From NCBI GenBank assembly GCA_035656275.1, contig DASRSW010000076.1:12740-76739 (forward strand): a stretch of 64,000 bases of DNA, given 5' to 3'. The translations under genes and the position numbers were made by a program. Below the pieces are notes generated by a model that did not search any database, was not told the origin of the DNA, and was given only the letters and a program-made list of their open reading frames with translations. The stretch comes from Thermoplasmata archaeon (GTDB taxonomy: Archaea; Thermoplasmatota; Thermoplasmata; Lutacidiplasmatales; UBA184). The number at the start of each line of letters is the position of its first letter. Positions within the stretch are counted from its first letter, which is position 1. Shown in pieces: positions 35,363-45,358 of the stretch.

Positions 35363-35549
35363 GGCTCCCTTCGATACCGATTCGGAGATATAGGTTCGTG
35401 CGGGGAGCGGTGGTGACTCCAGTTCCCCTCTCGGGTGGACCCTTCCCTCGACCCCTTCAAGAAGGGACCCCGCGGTCGATGACGGGTGAGCGAGCGAGGC
35501 CGCCCTGCCGTCGGCCCAAGAGAGGCAGAAGAGGCGGGGATCTCGCTGG

Positions 35550-35981
35550 CTATCCGATGAGAAAGTCGCCTCGTGATATCGCGTTCCGTCGAATCCCGCC
35601 CAGCTGCATTCCGAGCATCTCGGGACCGGCGACAGCGAACTCGAGGAATTCGCCTTCTTGTCCACGAGCGAGGACTACGCGCAGGTGCCTGTGCCTCAGG
35701 ATGCTCCGGATTTCGACGGGTTGGGGGCGCTCGTCGCCGGTGGTTCCGCTTTGTAGTCGCATTCGCATCCCGCGTCGAACTTGTCCCGACACGACGATAA
35801 CAGACGCGCTCGTTCCAATCCCCGTTATTTCGAACGCGTCCACAACCTTGACACGAGTTTGGCCCAGGACAGGACCGGCCGCCCCCGCCATGGGCGGCGT
35901 AGGCGGGAGCGGATCAGGGGCCGGAGGGGGGACGGGCGGAGGTGGAGCGGGCGCCTGAGTCTTCCCCCAGCTCCAGGGCAT
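35550..35981 (-). CDS. Stand-alone EF-Tu domain-II-like beta-barrel protein with a Pro-rich N-terminus
   Basis: Track ORF of 143 aa. VVDAFEITGIGTSASVIVVSGQVRRGMRMRL...VEIRSILRHRHLRVVLARGQEGEF...ISRGDFLIG parallels the translation-factor domain 2 pattern. Confidence 0.5.
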   Translation of the reverse strand: MPWSWGKTQAPAPPPPVPPPAPDPLPPTPPMAGAAGPVLGQTRVKVVDAFEITGIGTSASVIVVSGQVRRGMRMRLQSGTTGDERPQPVEIRSILRHRHLRVVLARGQEGEFLEFAVAGPEMLGMQLGGIRRNAISRGDFLIG

Positions 35982-36217
35982 GACGAAGTCAAAGCGGACC
36001 GCTAGTTAACTGCAGTTCGATCGACGAGGACTCGGCCTCCGCAGGGCCCCCTGTCCCAGCTGTCTCCACCATTCTCCGTTCGGCCTGGCGCGAGGGACGG
36101 TCAGCCAAGAGTCTCCCCTTGACGGTGGGGCGAGATCGGCGGCGCGGCGAGCCCGCTCGGCGGAACTCGCACCCTACATATCTTCCATGCGATTGGGGGG
36201 GAGCAACGGGGCGAACT

Positions 36218-37339
36218 ATGGCTAAGGATCAGAAAGTCCGAATCTTGGTGGGGACCCGCAAGGGAGCTTTCGTCGTCACGAGCGACCTCCGGCGAAGGAA
36301 TTGGAAGATCGGGCCGCCGGCGCTGGGCTCGAACGATGTCTACCACGTGGCGGCGGACCCGCGACATCCGGGCCATCTCTACGCCGCGGCAAACAGTGAG
36401 TTCTGGGGTCCGATGGTCCAGCAATCGCACGACTGGGGAAAGACGTGGAACGAGACCGCCACCCCGATGTCCCCCGTAAGCAAAGAGCGGCCGCATGGCA
36501 ACGGACCGGTGCCCCCGGGGCCGGTGGTGCACCTCTGGCACATCGAGCCCGGTCCCGCGGACGACCCGGACGTGCTCTACCTTGGAGCCGACCCCCACCT
36601 CCTGTTCCGGAGCAACGACCTGGGATCGAGCTGGGAAGGCGTCGAGGGCATCAACCATCACCCGAACCGGAAGGACTGGCAACCCGGCAACGGGGGCCCG
36701 TGCTTGCACACGGTCTTACTGGACCCGCGGGATTCCCGCCGCCTCTACGTCGGCATGTCGTCGGTAGGGACCCTTCGCTCGGAGAACGGCGGGCGCAGCT
36801 GGACGCCGACCAACAAGAACGTTGAGTGCCCCTTCCTTCCCGAGGAGAAGCGCTTCCCGGAGATCGGGCAATGCGTCCACAAGGTCGCGATCGACTCCGC
36901 GAACCCGGACACGTTCTATCGTCAGGACCACGGCGGGATCTACGTCTCCCACGACCGCATGGACTCGTGGACGCGGATCGGGAAGCCGCTTGGAGATGAT
37001 TTCGGCTTCGGGGTTTCCTCTCCGGCCGCACGCCCCGGCCTCGCGTATTTCGTCCGATTGGACGGCTTTCGGACCACGGCGAAGCAGTTCCAGGTCCAGG
37101 AGTGGAACGATAAGACGCGACGCTGGAAGATGCTCGTCCGGCCGAAGGCGTTCCCCGGCCAGTTCAACGTGCTTCGCGAAGGGATCGCCACCGACGCGCT
37201 CGACCCTCCCGGGATTTACGTCGGCACGACCACCGGCCAGTTGTTCGTCAGCCCGGACGGGGGGAGGTCCTGGCAGGCCCTACCGTACGTGTTTCCGCAA
37301 ATCCGGTCCGTGAGCACCGCCGGTCCTAGCGCGAGGTAG
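36218..37339 (+). CDS. BNR/Asp-box repeat beta-propeller protein (sialidase/Ycf48-like fold)
   Basis: Track ORF 36119..37339, with the ATG at 36218. Asp-boxes are SHDWGKTW, SNDLGSSW, SENGGRSW, SHDRMDSW and SPDGGRSW. Confidence 0.8.
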   Translation: MAKDQKVRILVGTRKGAFVVTSDLRRRNWKIGPPALGSNDVYHVAADPRHPGHLYAAANSEFWGPMVQQSHDWGKTWNETATPMSPVSKERPHGNGPVPPGPVVHLWHIEPGPADDPDVLYLGADPHLLFRSNDLGSSWEGVEGINHHPNRKDWQPGNGGPCLHTVLLDPRDSRRLYVGMSSVGTLRSENGGRSWTPTNKNVECPFLPEEKRFPEIGQCVHKVAIDSANPDTFYRQDHGGIYVSHDRMDSWTRIGKPLGDDFGFGVSSPAARPGLAYFVRLDGFRTTAKQFQVQEWNDKTRRWKMLVRPKAFPGQFNVLREGIATDALDPPGIYVGTTTGQLFVSPDGGRSWQALPYVFPQIRSVSTAGPSAR

Positions 37340-37687
37340 ACGGCTCCCCCGAGTCCTGGCGATCTGCCATCCGCCTCCTCACGACTCCCAGTGCCTGCAG
37401 GAGCCCTCCCCTTCTCGCCGAGAGGGTTGGGATGGCGCTATCTCGATCGTGCCGTGGTGTCCCTGTCTCCCGAGGCAGGCCCGCGCTTCTCCTAGGGGCG
37501 AGCCTTGCTCGAGACCCACTCTCCAGCCCTTGAACGCCTCGCGGGCACCCGCCTGAGCGGGGCGCGCCCAACGAATGAACCGACTCGATTCCCCGAGCAC
37601 CGCGACTCTGGATCCAGGAACGGCCAATTTGTGAACCCTCGGCATTATAGCCCTACAGCCGCTTGAAAGACGGTTCAGGCAGCCGAG

Positions 37688-38551
37688 ATGGACGGCAAGA
37701 TCGCCCTCCTGACCGGAGGGACCTCAGGGATCGGAAAGGCGATTGCCCTCGGGCTCGCCGCCCAAGGGTTGCACGTGGTACTGTTGGTCCGCAACCCGGA
37801 ACGAGCCAAGGCCGTATCGACCGAAGCGCGACTCAGGAACGCGGCGGCGATAGTGGACTGGATTGAGGCCGACCTAGCTTCGTTAGCCTCGGTTCGCCAG
37901 GCCGCGGGCGCGTTCTTGGAGAAGTCTCCCCGGCTTGATGTGTTCGTTGGAGCCGCCGGCGTGTTCCACAAGGCGCGAAAGGAAACGGTCGATGGCGTCG
38001 AGGCCACGTTTGCAGTGAACTACCTCTCCCATTTCCTACTCGCGAACCTACTCGAGCCGGCGCTACGACGCGCCGCTCCGAGTCGGGTCATCTTGGTGGC
38101 TGCGCGGTACGGCGGCACCCGGATAGACTTTGACGACCTGATGGTGAAGCGCCGAAAGTTCTCCGTGATGAACTCAGTGCCCGCCACCAAGCTCGCCGAG
38201 GTTCTCCTGGCGCAGGAACTGGCAGGGCGCTGGGCGTCGACCGGCATCTCAGTAAACGCCGTTCATCCCGGCCTCGTGGCGCACACCCACCTCCTCGACG
38301 AGGTGGGCGGCCTTTGGCGGTGGATCACCAACACGTTTGGCGGAACGCCGGAGAAGGGCGCGGATACGGCCCTCTGGTTGGCCACGGCACCTGAGGCCGC
38401 TGGCATCACCGGGAAGCTTCTGGCTAAACGACGGGAACTTCCGACGCCCGGCCAGGGGTCCGATGACGGCGCACGGGAGCGTCTCTGGACGGAGAGCGGG
38501 CGCATGTCAGGGATCGACTTCGGGGGTTCACCGCCCCCGCCAGTCCCATAA
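37688..38551 (+). CDS. Short-chain dehydrogenase/reductase (SDR) family oxidoreductase
   Basis: Track ORF of 287 aa. It has the TGGTSGIGKA cofactor motif and a typical SDR length. Confidence 0.85.
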   Translation: MDGKIALLTGGTSGIGKAIALGLAAQGLHVVLLVRNPERAKAVSTEARLRNAAAIVDWIEADLASLASVRQAAGAFLEKSPRLDVFVGAAGVFHKARKETVDGVEATFAVNYLSHFLLANLLEPALRRAAPSRVILVAARYGGTRIDFDDLMVKRRKFSVMNSVPATKLAEVLLAQELAGRWASTGISVNAVHPGLVAHTHLLDEVGGLWRWITNTFGGTPEKGADTALWLATAPEAAGITGKLLAKRRELPTPGQGSDDGARERLWTESGRMSGIDFGGSPPPPVP

Positions 38552-38785
38552 CACCCACCGCTTCCGTCGGCAACCTTGCCAGCGTCGCGACAATCTGCGC
38601 GGAACTGCGTCGCTGTTGTCAACGAGCAGCGCTGCGTACCGCGCGGACGAAGCCCGTAGAGCGACGGCCCCCTACAGCCGCTCCGCCACCAAGGGGCCCG
38701 GGGACGTGGTTCCGTGCCAGACGCCCGGCACGGCAGCGGCCGGGAGATGGCCCGGCCGATACGTCCACTCTGGGATAGTGTCGGA

Positions 38786-39484
38786 CTAGACTCCGACGCG
38801 ATCCCGCACGGCCTGCCATCGGGCGGGTTCGACCTTGGCGGCGCAGAGGCTGACCACACCCTGGACGAGCGGCGGAGGGGCGCCCTTCTGGAGTCCCGAG
38901 ATCAGCTCCGAGAGCTCGTGCACATTGATCGAGGGCAACATCCAGCCCAGGATGGCGAAGAGTCGCTCCGGGGGCATCCCCCCCATGATCTTCCCCCGCA
39001 TCTCGGCCATCTGCTCGTTGGTGAACTTCTTTCGCATGAGCGGGACGAGCTCGTTGTCCTCCCGGTTCATGTGGGTGATGTAGGCCGCGAACAGGTCGTT
39101 CGCGGACTGGTTCAGCCGTACACCGGCATGTAGGCGTGCCTCCGCTTCTTTCATCGCCAGCAACTCGTGCGCGGACTTCCCCAGCGCCAGCTCTCGGCGC
39201 GTGAGCTCGTGGTGATCGTTTACGAGCGTGGTGATGAGCGAACCGTCGAACTTCGTTACCGAGGGGAAGATGACGGACTCTTCGTCCTCTGCGTGGTGGT
39301 GCAGGACGCAAACGATGCATCCGGCCGAACGCGCGACGGCGAAGTCGTGCTCCAGGTCGGTCACGAGCGCGCTCGTCGCTGCCAGGTCCGTAAAGTCGTT
39401 CGTCTGGAGGCGGGTACCCAACTGGTAGATCATCGAGCGCAGACCCTTGTGAATCGAGGTGAACAGATCCTCCGTTGCTTCCAT
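38786..39484 (-). CDS. Hemerythrin-like (HHE cation-binding) domain protein
   Basis: Track ORF of 232 aa with duplicated H/E-rich helices: LHHHAEDEESVIFP and ITHMNREDNELVPL. Confidence 0.7.
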   Translation of the reverse strand: MEATEDLFTSIHKGLRSMIYQLGTRLQTNDFTDLAATSALVTDLEHDFAVARSAGCIVCVLHHHAEDEESVIFPSVTKFDGSLITTLVNDHHELTRRELALGKSAHELLAMKEAEARLHAGVRLNQSANDLFAAYITHMNREDNELVPLMRKKFTNEQMAEMRGKIMGGMPPERLFAILGWMLPSINVHELSELISGLQKGAPPPLVQGVVSLCAAKVEPARWQAVRDRVGV

Positions 39485-39663
39485 AGTTCCGAACGCGTCC
39501 AGAGCGTACCGCGGCTCGAACCCGGGTTCTATACTTGTGGGATTGGTTCGTACCTGCCTCGCTCGACAGGGCGCGGTCGGGGGAGTACCGCGGGGCGTCC
39601 CCCATCGAAGTGGATGACCTCCTCCGACGGTCGCCCTCCATCCGGTCGAGCCTCGATTGGTCG

Positions 39664-40554
39664 CTAGGTGAAGAGATCCTCGAGGGGATTGTTCATTTCT
39701 CGGATCTCTCGGATCTTTACCCCTTGGGTTTCGAGTTCGCGGATGAGCCCCGGGACTTCCTCCGGTCCCGACAGCTCGCGCCGGAAGTGATCGCCTTCGC
39801 GGGTCCAGCCCTCGGGAGACTTCGAGGAAGGAAGGATGCGAACCCCCACGACGAAATGCGCCCCTCGCAGGTCCTCGATCCGGTCGAACAGGGCGATCCG
39901 TCCCGCCTTGATGGCGATCACGTACTGGCCGATCTCCCGGGCTTCGAACAGATTGTGCGAAGAGTAGAGCACGACCTTCTCCTTGCCGATCTGGAGGATC
40001 AGGGACCGGATCTCCCGGGCGGCCTTCGGGTCGAGGCTACTCGTCGGCTCATCGAGCAGGTACACCGCCCGTTCTCGCAGAAAGATTCGCGCGATGGAGA
40101 CGCGCTTCTTCTGCCCGGCGCTGAGCTTTCCAAGGTACTGCCCGCTCAGCTCGCGAATTTCGAGGAGGTCCAGGACGCGGTCGACGTCCGCCGGGCCGGC
40201 CCGCTCCACGCGGGCGTAGAACTCGAGCGCTTCGCGGACCTTGAGGCCGTCGGGCATGCCGTCCATGTGCGAGAGATAGTGGAGCCGGTCGTGCGCGTGC
40301 TGGCGGTCGGCCGGGGCGCCCCCGATGAGGACTTCGCCCTGGGTCGGACGGAGGATGCCGGCGAGCGTACGGAAGAGGGTCGTCTTCCCGGCTCCGTTGG
40401 GGCCGAGGACCACGTAGACGGCTGGTTCGACTATCGTGAACGATACGTCTCGGAGGACCGGATTGCCGAGATATCCGGCGTCCACGGAGCGGCAGGAGAT
40501 ACGGGCTCCGTCGCTTGAGCCCAGCGAACCTTGCGATAGTGGTTCGGATCCCAT
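39664..40554 (-). CDS. ABC transporter ATP-binding protein
   Basis: Track ORF 39664..40656, with the ATG at 40554 avoiding overlap with the permease. Motifs are Walker A GPNGAGKTT, signature LSAGQKKR and Walker B LLDEPTSSLD. Confidence 0.9.
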   Translation of the reverse strand: MGSEPLSQGSLGSSDGARISCRSVDAGYLGNPVLRDVSFTIVEPAVYVVLGPNGAGKTTLFRTLAGILRPTQGEVLIGGAPADRQHAHDRLHYLSHMDGMPDGLKVREALEFYARVERAGPADVDRVLDLLEIRELSGQYLGKLSAGQKKRVSIARIFLRERAVYLLDEPTSSLDPKAAREIRSLILQIGKEKVVLYSSHNLFEAREIGQYVIAIKAGRIALFDRIEDLRGAHFVVGVRILPSSKSPEGWTREGDHFRRELSGPEEVPGLIRELETQGVKIREIREMNNPLEDLFT

Positions 40555-40571
40555 ACCCCCTGACTTCCCCG

Positions 40572-41294
40572 CTACATGGGCGACAAGAGTCGTTCGAGCG
40601 GCATCAATCGCCGGATGAGATTCAACAGCAGGAGGACCACCGCCCCGATCACGCACGGAGCGGCCACAAGCACGAGGAGAATCGCGGTGCCTGTCACCCC
40701 GTTCAGCGCCGCGACCGCGATCACGGCGATCATGAGCACGGAGGGAGCGATTCCGACGATCGGCATGAGCCCGACCGGGCTGTTCATGCCCGCCCGCGGA
40801 GAGGAGAGCGAGGTCCAGTACATCCCAACCGTGGAGGCGAACGCCACCGAGGCGTACGTCATGGGAATGGAGTAGAGGCCCAAGAGTTCCCCCAATTCTA
40901 CGGAAATGGAGTTGCCGCGGGCGACAAAGCCGCCCAGCGCCACAGCAATCGCGGTGCTCATCACGACGGTCGCAAGGAGGAGGCTAGCCACGACATAGTT
41001 GAGGAACAACCGGCGCGGAGGAACCCCGTACGCGAGAAGGTACTCCAGCACTCCCTTGACCCGGTCGTTGGAGAAGACCAGCATGCCTCCCATCCCCCCG
41101 ATGACGGCGAAGATGGGGAGAATGAGGGGCAGTGCGGAAGCGAACGCATCGGCGCCCGCCGAAGCGAGGCTCACCCCAAACACGACGGAATAGCCGAGAC
41201 TGACGAGGAGGAATACCCGGCCGATGACGAAGGATCGGCGGACGGTGATCCCCATCAATGACGGGGGTCCGGGGGCGTCGGAAGTGCCTTCCAT
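40572..41294 (-). CDS. ABC-2-type transporter permease
   Basis: Track ORF of 240 aa, polytopic with about 6 TM segments, immediately upstream of the ATPase on the same strand. Confidence 0.75.
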   Translation of the reverse strand: MEGTSDAPGPPSLMGITVRRSFVIGRVFLLVSLGYSVVFGVSLASAGADAFASALPLILPIFAVIGGMGGMLVFSNDRVKGVLEYLLAYGVPPRRLFLNYVVASLLLATVVMSTAIAVALGGFVARGNSISVELGELLGLYSIPMTYASVAFASTVGMYWTSLSSPRAGMNSPVGLMPIVGIAPSVLMIAVIAVAALNGVTGTAILLVLVAAPCVIGAVVLLLLNLIRRLMPLERLLSPM

Positions 41295-41581
41295 CCAGTC
41301 GGCACTACGTGGGCGGCCAGTAAAGAGATTGACCTCGGCCGGAGGTCATCCGAGTTCCGGGGGCCGGTGGGCTATCCGTGGAATGCCTCTTCGAAGGGCA
41401 ACCAATGGGGAGTTTGCGAGGCCACTCCCGAAGTCGGAAACGGGCCGCTCGGTGATTTCACCGAGGGTTCCCCGAATCCTCGCCGGGTGCAAGCGCTGAG
41501 AAGTCGACCGTGCACCCTGGATGCTCCCGATACGTTCTGAGCCTCCATCCGCCGCGACCGGGGATCCCCCAACCTCCGGTG

Positions 41582-41836
41582 CTACAGTCCCGGTGGAAAG
41601 GGTTGCCGGACTCGGGGCGTGACCGCCCATTGTATTCCAAGAACCAGGGCCGCGATGCCAAACGCCACCCCGAACAGGAGAAAGACGATTGAAATTGCAC
41701 AGACCGGGGCGCCCAAGCAACCGGGCCCGTTGAACTGGACGCTCTTCACGAGAAAGAACAGCGCGAAGACCCCGAAGCCGGCTGCGAGGAACGGATGTGT
41801 CCGACTGCGGAAGAGGAGCCCCGAGGCCCAGAGCAT
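41582..41836 (-). CDS. Small 2-TM membrane protein
   Basis: Track ORF of 84 aa. TM segments are FLAAGFGVFALFFLV and ISIVFLLFGVAFGIAALVLGI. Confidence 0.45.
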   Translation of the reverse strand: MLWASGLLFRSRTHPFLAAGFGVFALFFLVKSVQFNGPGCLGAPVCAISIVFLLFGVAFGIAALVLGIQWAVTPRVRQPFPPGL

Positions 41837-42034
41837 GGCTGGATTGAGCGGTTTCGTACCCCATTAGACTTGGGTCCGGGACGGAAGGGAGGGTCGGGCC
41901 ACCGCCTACTCCCGCTACGTCCTGAAGCCGCTCCCCGACCCGATCTTTGAGGGCCCGTCAGCTTCCACCAACGGACGCAATTCAGCTACCACCTGAAACG
42001 CTCGCTTCCGCGCCTCGTTCAAGTCGGTGAGCCG

Positions 42035-43036
42035 CTACGGGCGGAGTGACTCGTCGGTCCAGCCCCCGTCGAGGCGCGACTGAATCGCGGCCGCGAACCG
42101 TTCGGGGGCCCCCCGATTGCTCCGGAAGAAGAGTTCGGGCTCGATGACCTCGAGCTCCCCCAGCAACCAGCCCTTCTCTCCCGCCGGGAGGAAATCGAGC
42201 CGGGCGTAGAGCGGGACGGGGTCGATGTAGGCCACGATCTTCGCGGCCTGCGCAAGCTCGACGGGAGAGGGGGTAAACGGTTCGTACCGACGCGGATTCA
42301 CCTCGAGGACGTTCGGGTAGCGCGTAGCGTGGGAGAATCTCCCGTCGATGAATACCAGCGACCGCTCCCCCCGGTCGAGGGTTCGCGCTAGGAACGGTTG
42401 AATCAACACGTCGCCCAGTCCCAGCAACCGCTCGAGGTCGGACTGGGCGTCGTCGGGTCGCCCTGGGGAAAGCCGGATGAGGTTAGACGCGTTGGCCCCG
42501 ACGGCGGGCTTCATCACCGCTTCGGGCCACCCTCGCCGCTGGAGGAGACGGTCCAGTCGGGATTGGCTGCCCTGGCGTAGCAGCTCCGTGGGGACGACCC
42601 CGAGGCCCGCGTCGGCAAGCTCCAAGAGGTAGCTCTTGTGGGAGTTCCAACGCACCATGGACGGGGGGTTCCAGACCCCGGTCAATTGGCCGACCCGGTC
42701 GACCCAAGCGAGGAACTCGTCGATCCGGGGGGGATAGTCCCACGTCGACCGAAGGACCACAAGGTCGAACGATCCCCAATCGACCTCGGAGGAATCCCAG
42801 ATGGCCGGAACCGCCTCGACCCCGTGCCGGAGCAGCGCGTCGATCACCAGACGATCATCAGGGGTAGCCTCGGGGAAACCCGAAAAAGTGGCGAAGGCAA
42901 TACGGGGATTCTTCGTGGATCTCGCCGGCTCGGGCTTGGTTGAACGCCGGTTCACTCGACCAGTGGCACGCGGTGTGGAGGGCGATCTGGTCATCTCGGG
43001 GTCCCGGAACGACGGCGGGACTCGGGAGCGGTTCAC
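42035..43036 (-). CDS. ATP-grasp domain protein (RimK/glutathione-synthetase-like)
   Basis: Track ORF of 333 aa; an alternative ATG lies at 42994. Elements are a pre-ATP-grasp region (DLVVLRSTWDY), VMKPAVGANASN and a C-terminal LGELEVIEPELFF. Confidence 0.7.
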   Translation of the reverse strand: MNRSRVPPSFRDPEMTRSPSTPRATGRVNRRSTKPEPARSTKNPRIAFATFSGFPEATPDDRLVIDALLRHGVEAVPAIWDSSEVDWGSFDLVVLRSTWDYPPRIDEFLAWVDRVGQLTGVWNPPSMVRWNSHKSYLLELADAGLGVVPTELLRQGSQSRLDRLLQRRGWPEAVMKPAVGANASNLIRLSPGRPDDAQSDLERLLGLGDVLIQPFLARTLDRGERSLVFIDGRFSHATRYPNVLEVNPRRYEPFTPSPVELAQAAKIVAYIDPVPLYARLDFLPAGEKGWLLGELEVIEPELFFRSNRGAPERFAAAIQSRLDGGWTDESLRP

Positions 43037-43125
43037 AAGGTTGACGGGGGGGCTTGTCCCGCCCCCGGGAAGTGCGTTCGCCCAGGGGGACCGAACGCTA
43101 GTCCGCGCTTCCCCTTCCCGCCCTC

Positions 43126-43681
43126 GTGCCAGAGGGTCCCGCCTCGCTGACGCCCGAGGAGCGGCGCTGGTCTCACGAAAAGTTCGAGCGACTCGCCAGA
43201 GAAAAGAATCAGCTGGCGTCCGGCCGGACGACCTACTATGCCGCCATGGGTACCGTGCTCATCACCGGGCTCGTGGTCACGGTCTCGAATTTCCTCAGCC
43301 AACCCCAGCTCCTCATCGTCGTCCCGACCTTCCTCGCGCTCCTCGGAATACTAATCTCGGTCGTCTGGACGGTCCTCCTTCACCGGACCAACGATGCCAA
43401 GAACCTTTGGCGGGAGGCAGCGGTTCGCCTCGAACCGCATCAGGCCCCCGTTGGACGGGGAATGGGTGGTTCCGTTGACCCTTTGATCGGAGGCGACCCT
43501 TCCCGTCGATCTCTTCCGCCCGTTTCAGGCCCACCAGGTCCGGTCCAGTCAGCAGAGCGGGATTTCGTGGATGGACCGGGTGAATCCGGATGCGCGGACG
43601 GAAGTGCTCCCCATCGCCTTCGTCATGATCTGGGTAGCCGTGCTGGCCGCGAGCTGGATTAGGTTTCTGGTCATTCGCTAG
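43126..43681 (+). pseudogene. Membrane protein whose C-terminal TM helix lies in a different frame (frameshift near 43480-43500, or a sequencing error)
   Basis: Frame 1 (track 43126..43662) reads well up to ...NLWREAAVRLEPH and then becomes low-complexity. The frame ending at TAG 43679-43681 encodes DLFRPFQAHQVRSSQQSGISWMDRVNPDARTEVLPIAFVMIWVAVLAASWIRFLVIR. Confidence 0.4.
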
Positions 43682-43748
43682 ACCGGTCGGTCTCCCAACC
43701 CGGGGCACGGGCTCCGAGTCACCCCACGTTCACCGGACCGGAGTGCGC

Positions 43749-45215
43749 CTACACCCCTAGTTTCGCGGCGAGGCGCCCCTTCCGAATCGCCTTCACGAGG
43801 GTCTTGTGGTCCCGGGCACACTGGTCGGCATAGGTCTCTGCGAACCGGGCAATCGCCCGGTCAAAGCTGTCGTTCTCCCCCAGGTAGCCACTGAGCTGGG
43901 CGGGGTCCCCGGTCCGCGCGTGGGCCCGGGCGAGCGCCGACGCGCAGAGCTCGACGTGCGCCCCGAACGCCTTCGGGGCCTGCGCACTCACGTCGCTCGA
44001 GACCTTCATGTCCCGGAGTTGTCGAATGTAGAAGTCCCGCGAACGCAACCGGCTCCAGCCAAGGAAGACATCGCTCGCCTCCTGGATCAGATGCTGGCCG
44101 GTGACCACGCGCTGGGCGTGGTTGGGGAACTTGCTCGCCCCGAGGTACGGCTCGAGGACCGACGCCGTCGCCTGTTTGAGCTGGAGAAAGAGCGGGTCCT
44201 CGAGGTCGCGGTCCCCCATCAACAACAGGACCGAGCACACCGTCCCCACGCTGCCTACGCCGACGACCTTCTGTGCGACGTCCACTACCCGATATCGGTC
44301 GAGGAGCATCCGGCGCTCCTCGGGCAGGGAATCCAAGTACCGCTCGAAGAACGCGACCGACTCGAGCTCACGACCCGGATCCCCGTAGTGCGTGATCAGC
44401 GGGGGGGCGTCCCGGATCCGGTAGTGCCCGCGTACGGCTTTGGTGAGCTTCGGGAACACCTGAAGACCCGTCCGGAGGCGCGCCCGGGTCTGCGCCTGGT
44501 CCATCCACTCCCGCGCACGTCGAGGGATGGCCGCACCGGCGTGTTCGGCGTCGAGGTGGGCGTACCAGATATCGAGATAGCGCATCCTCCCAAACCGTAG
44601 GATGTCTTCCCGATACCGCCGAGCCGTGGCGCGGGCCAACTTTCGGCAGAGGGAAGCGGAGAACCCGCTTTCGCGCCCGGCGACCACCACGCTGGTGACG
44701 AGGCGCTTCACATCCCATTCCCAGGGACCGGGAAGCGTTTCGTCGAAGTCGTTCGCGTCGAACACCTGGGCGCGTTCGGGGGTGGCGAACATTCCAAAAT
44801 TGGCCACGTGCGCGTCGCCGCACAGCTGCACGGTGAGGCCCGTCGTGGGCGACTCCGCCAAGTCACGGGCCATCACGCCCGCGGCCCCGCGGAAAAAGGA
44901 GAACGGCGAGCGGGCCATCCGCCCGTAGCGGATCGGGAGCAAGGTACGGGTCCGGTGGCGGTCCGCCGTGATCAAGAGGTCTACCGGGTCTGGCCGGTCT
45001 CGAGGGGGGGACCACTCCCCCTGCCGGGAACGACGCACACGCTGGCGCAGCGACTTTCCCCGACGATAGCGAACAGAACGAGTTTCCAGCCTCACGATCC
45101 ACCTGAGTATACGCCCCTTTGGCCTTCTCCCATTCGGCCGGCCAAACTCCTGCTCCCACCCACCGCGGTACGGGGGAAACTGACTGGGACCGACATAGCT
45201 ACGGGCTCCTCCCAC
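43749..45215 (-). CDS. DUF2252 family protein
   Basis: Track ORF of 488 aa. The family pattern is present: DPVDLL...R...LLPIRYGRMARSPFSFFRGAAGVMA...CGDAHVANFG...DANDFDET. The true start may be internal. Confidence 0.8.
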   Translation of the reverse strand: MGGARSYVGPSQFPPYRGGWEQEFGRPNGRRPKGRILRWIVRLETRSVRYRRGKSLRQRVRRSRQGEWSPPRDRPDPVDLLITADRHRTRTLLPIRYGRMARSPFSFFRGAAGVMARDLAESPTTGLTVQLCGDAHVANFGMFATPERAQVFDANDFDETLPGPWEWDVKRLVTSVVVAGRESGFSASLCRKLARATARRYREDILRFGRMRYLDIWYAHLDAEHAGAAIPRRAREWMDQAQTRARLRTGLQVFPKLTKAVRGHYRIRDAPPLITHYGDPGRELESVAFFERYLDSLPEERRMLLDRYRVVDVAQKVVGVGSVGTVCSVLLLMGDRDLEDPLFLQLKQATASVLEPYLGASKFPNHAQRVVTGQHLIQEASDVFLGWSRLRSRDFYIRQLRDMKVSSDVSAQAPKAFGAHVELCASALARAHARTGDPAQLSGYLGENDSFDRAIARFAETYADQCARDHKTLVKAIRKGRLAAKLGV

Positions 45216-45358
45216 GCCCTCTCGGTGCGGCCGCAGCCGCCGCCAAACCCCGCCTCAACTCCGTCAGCGGACGCGGTCGGCGGGTCACCACCAGCTTTTC
45301 GGAATCGGCGGCGCTCAGCGATCCGGTCAACGCTCGTGCACGGCCGATGGCGAGCCGT

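Noticed and set aside
38619-40518. Long ORFs 38619..39641 (minus, 340 aa) and 39535..40518 (plus, 327 aa) overlapping the hemerythrin-like and ABC ATPase genes
   Set aside because: They are alternative-frame or antisense ORFs with Arg/Gly/Pro-rich composition. The overlapped genes have clear family motifs (HHE helices; Walker A/B and the ABC signature).
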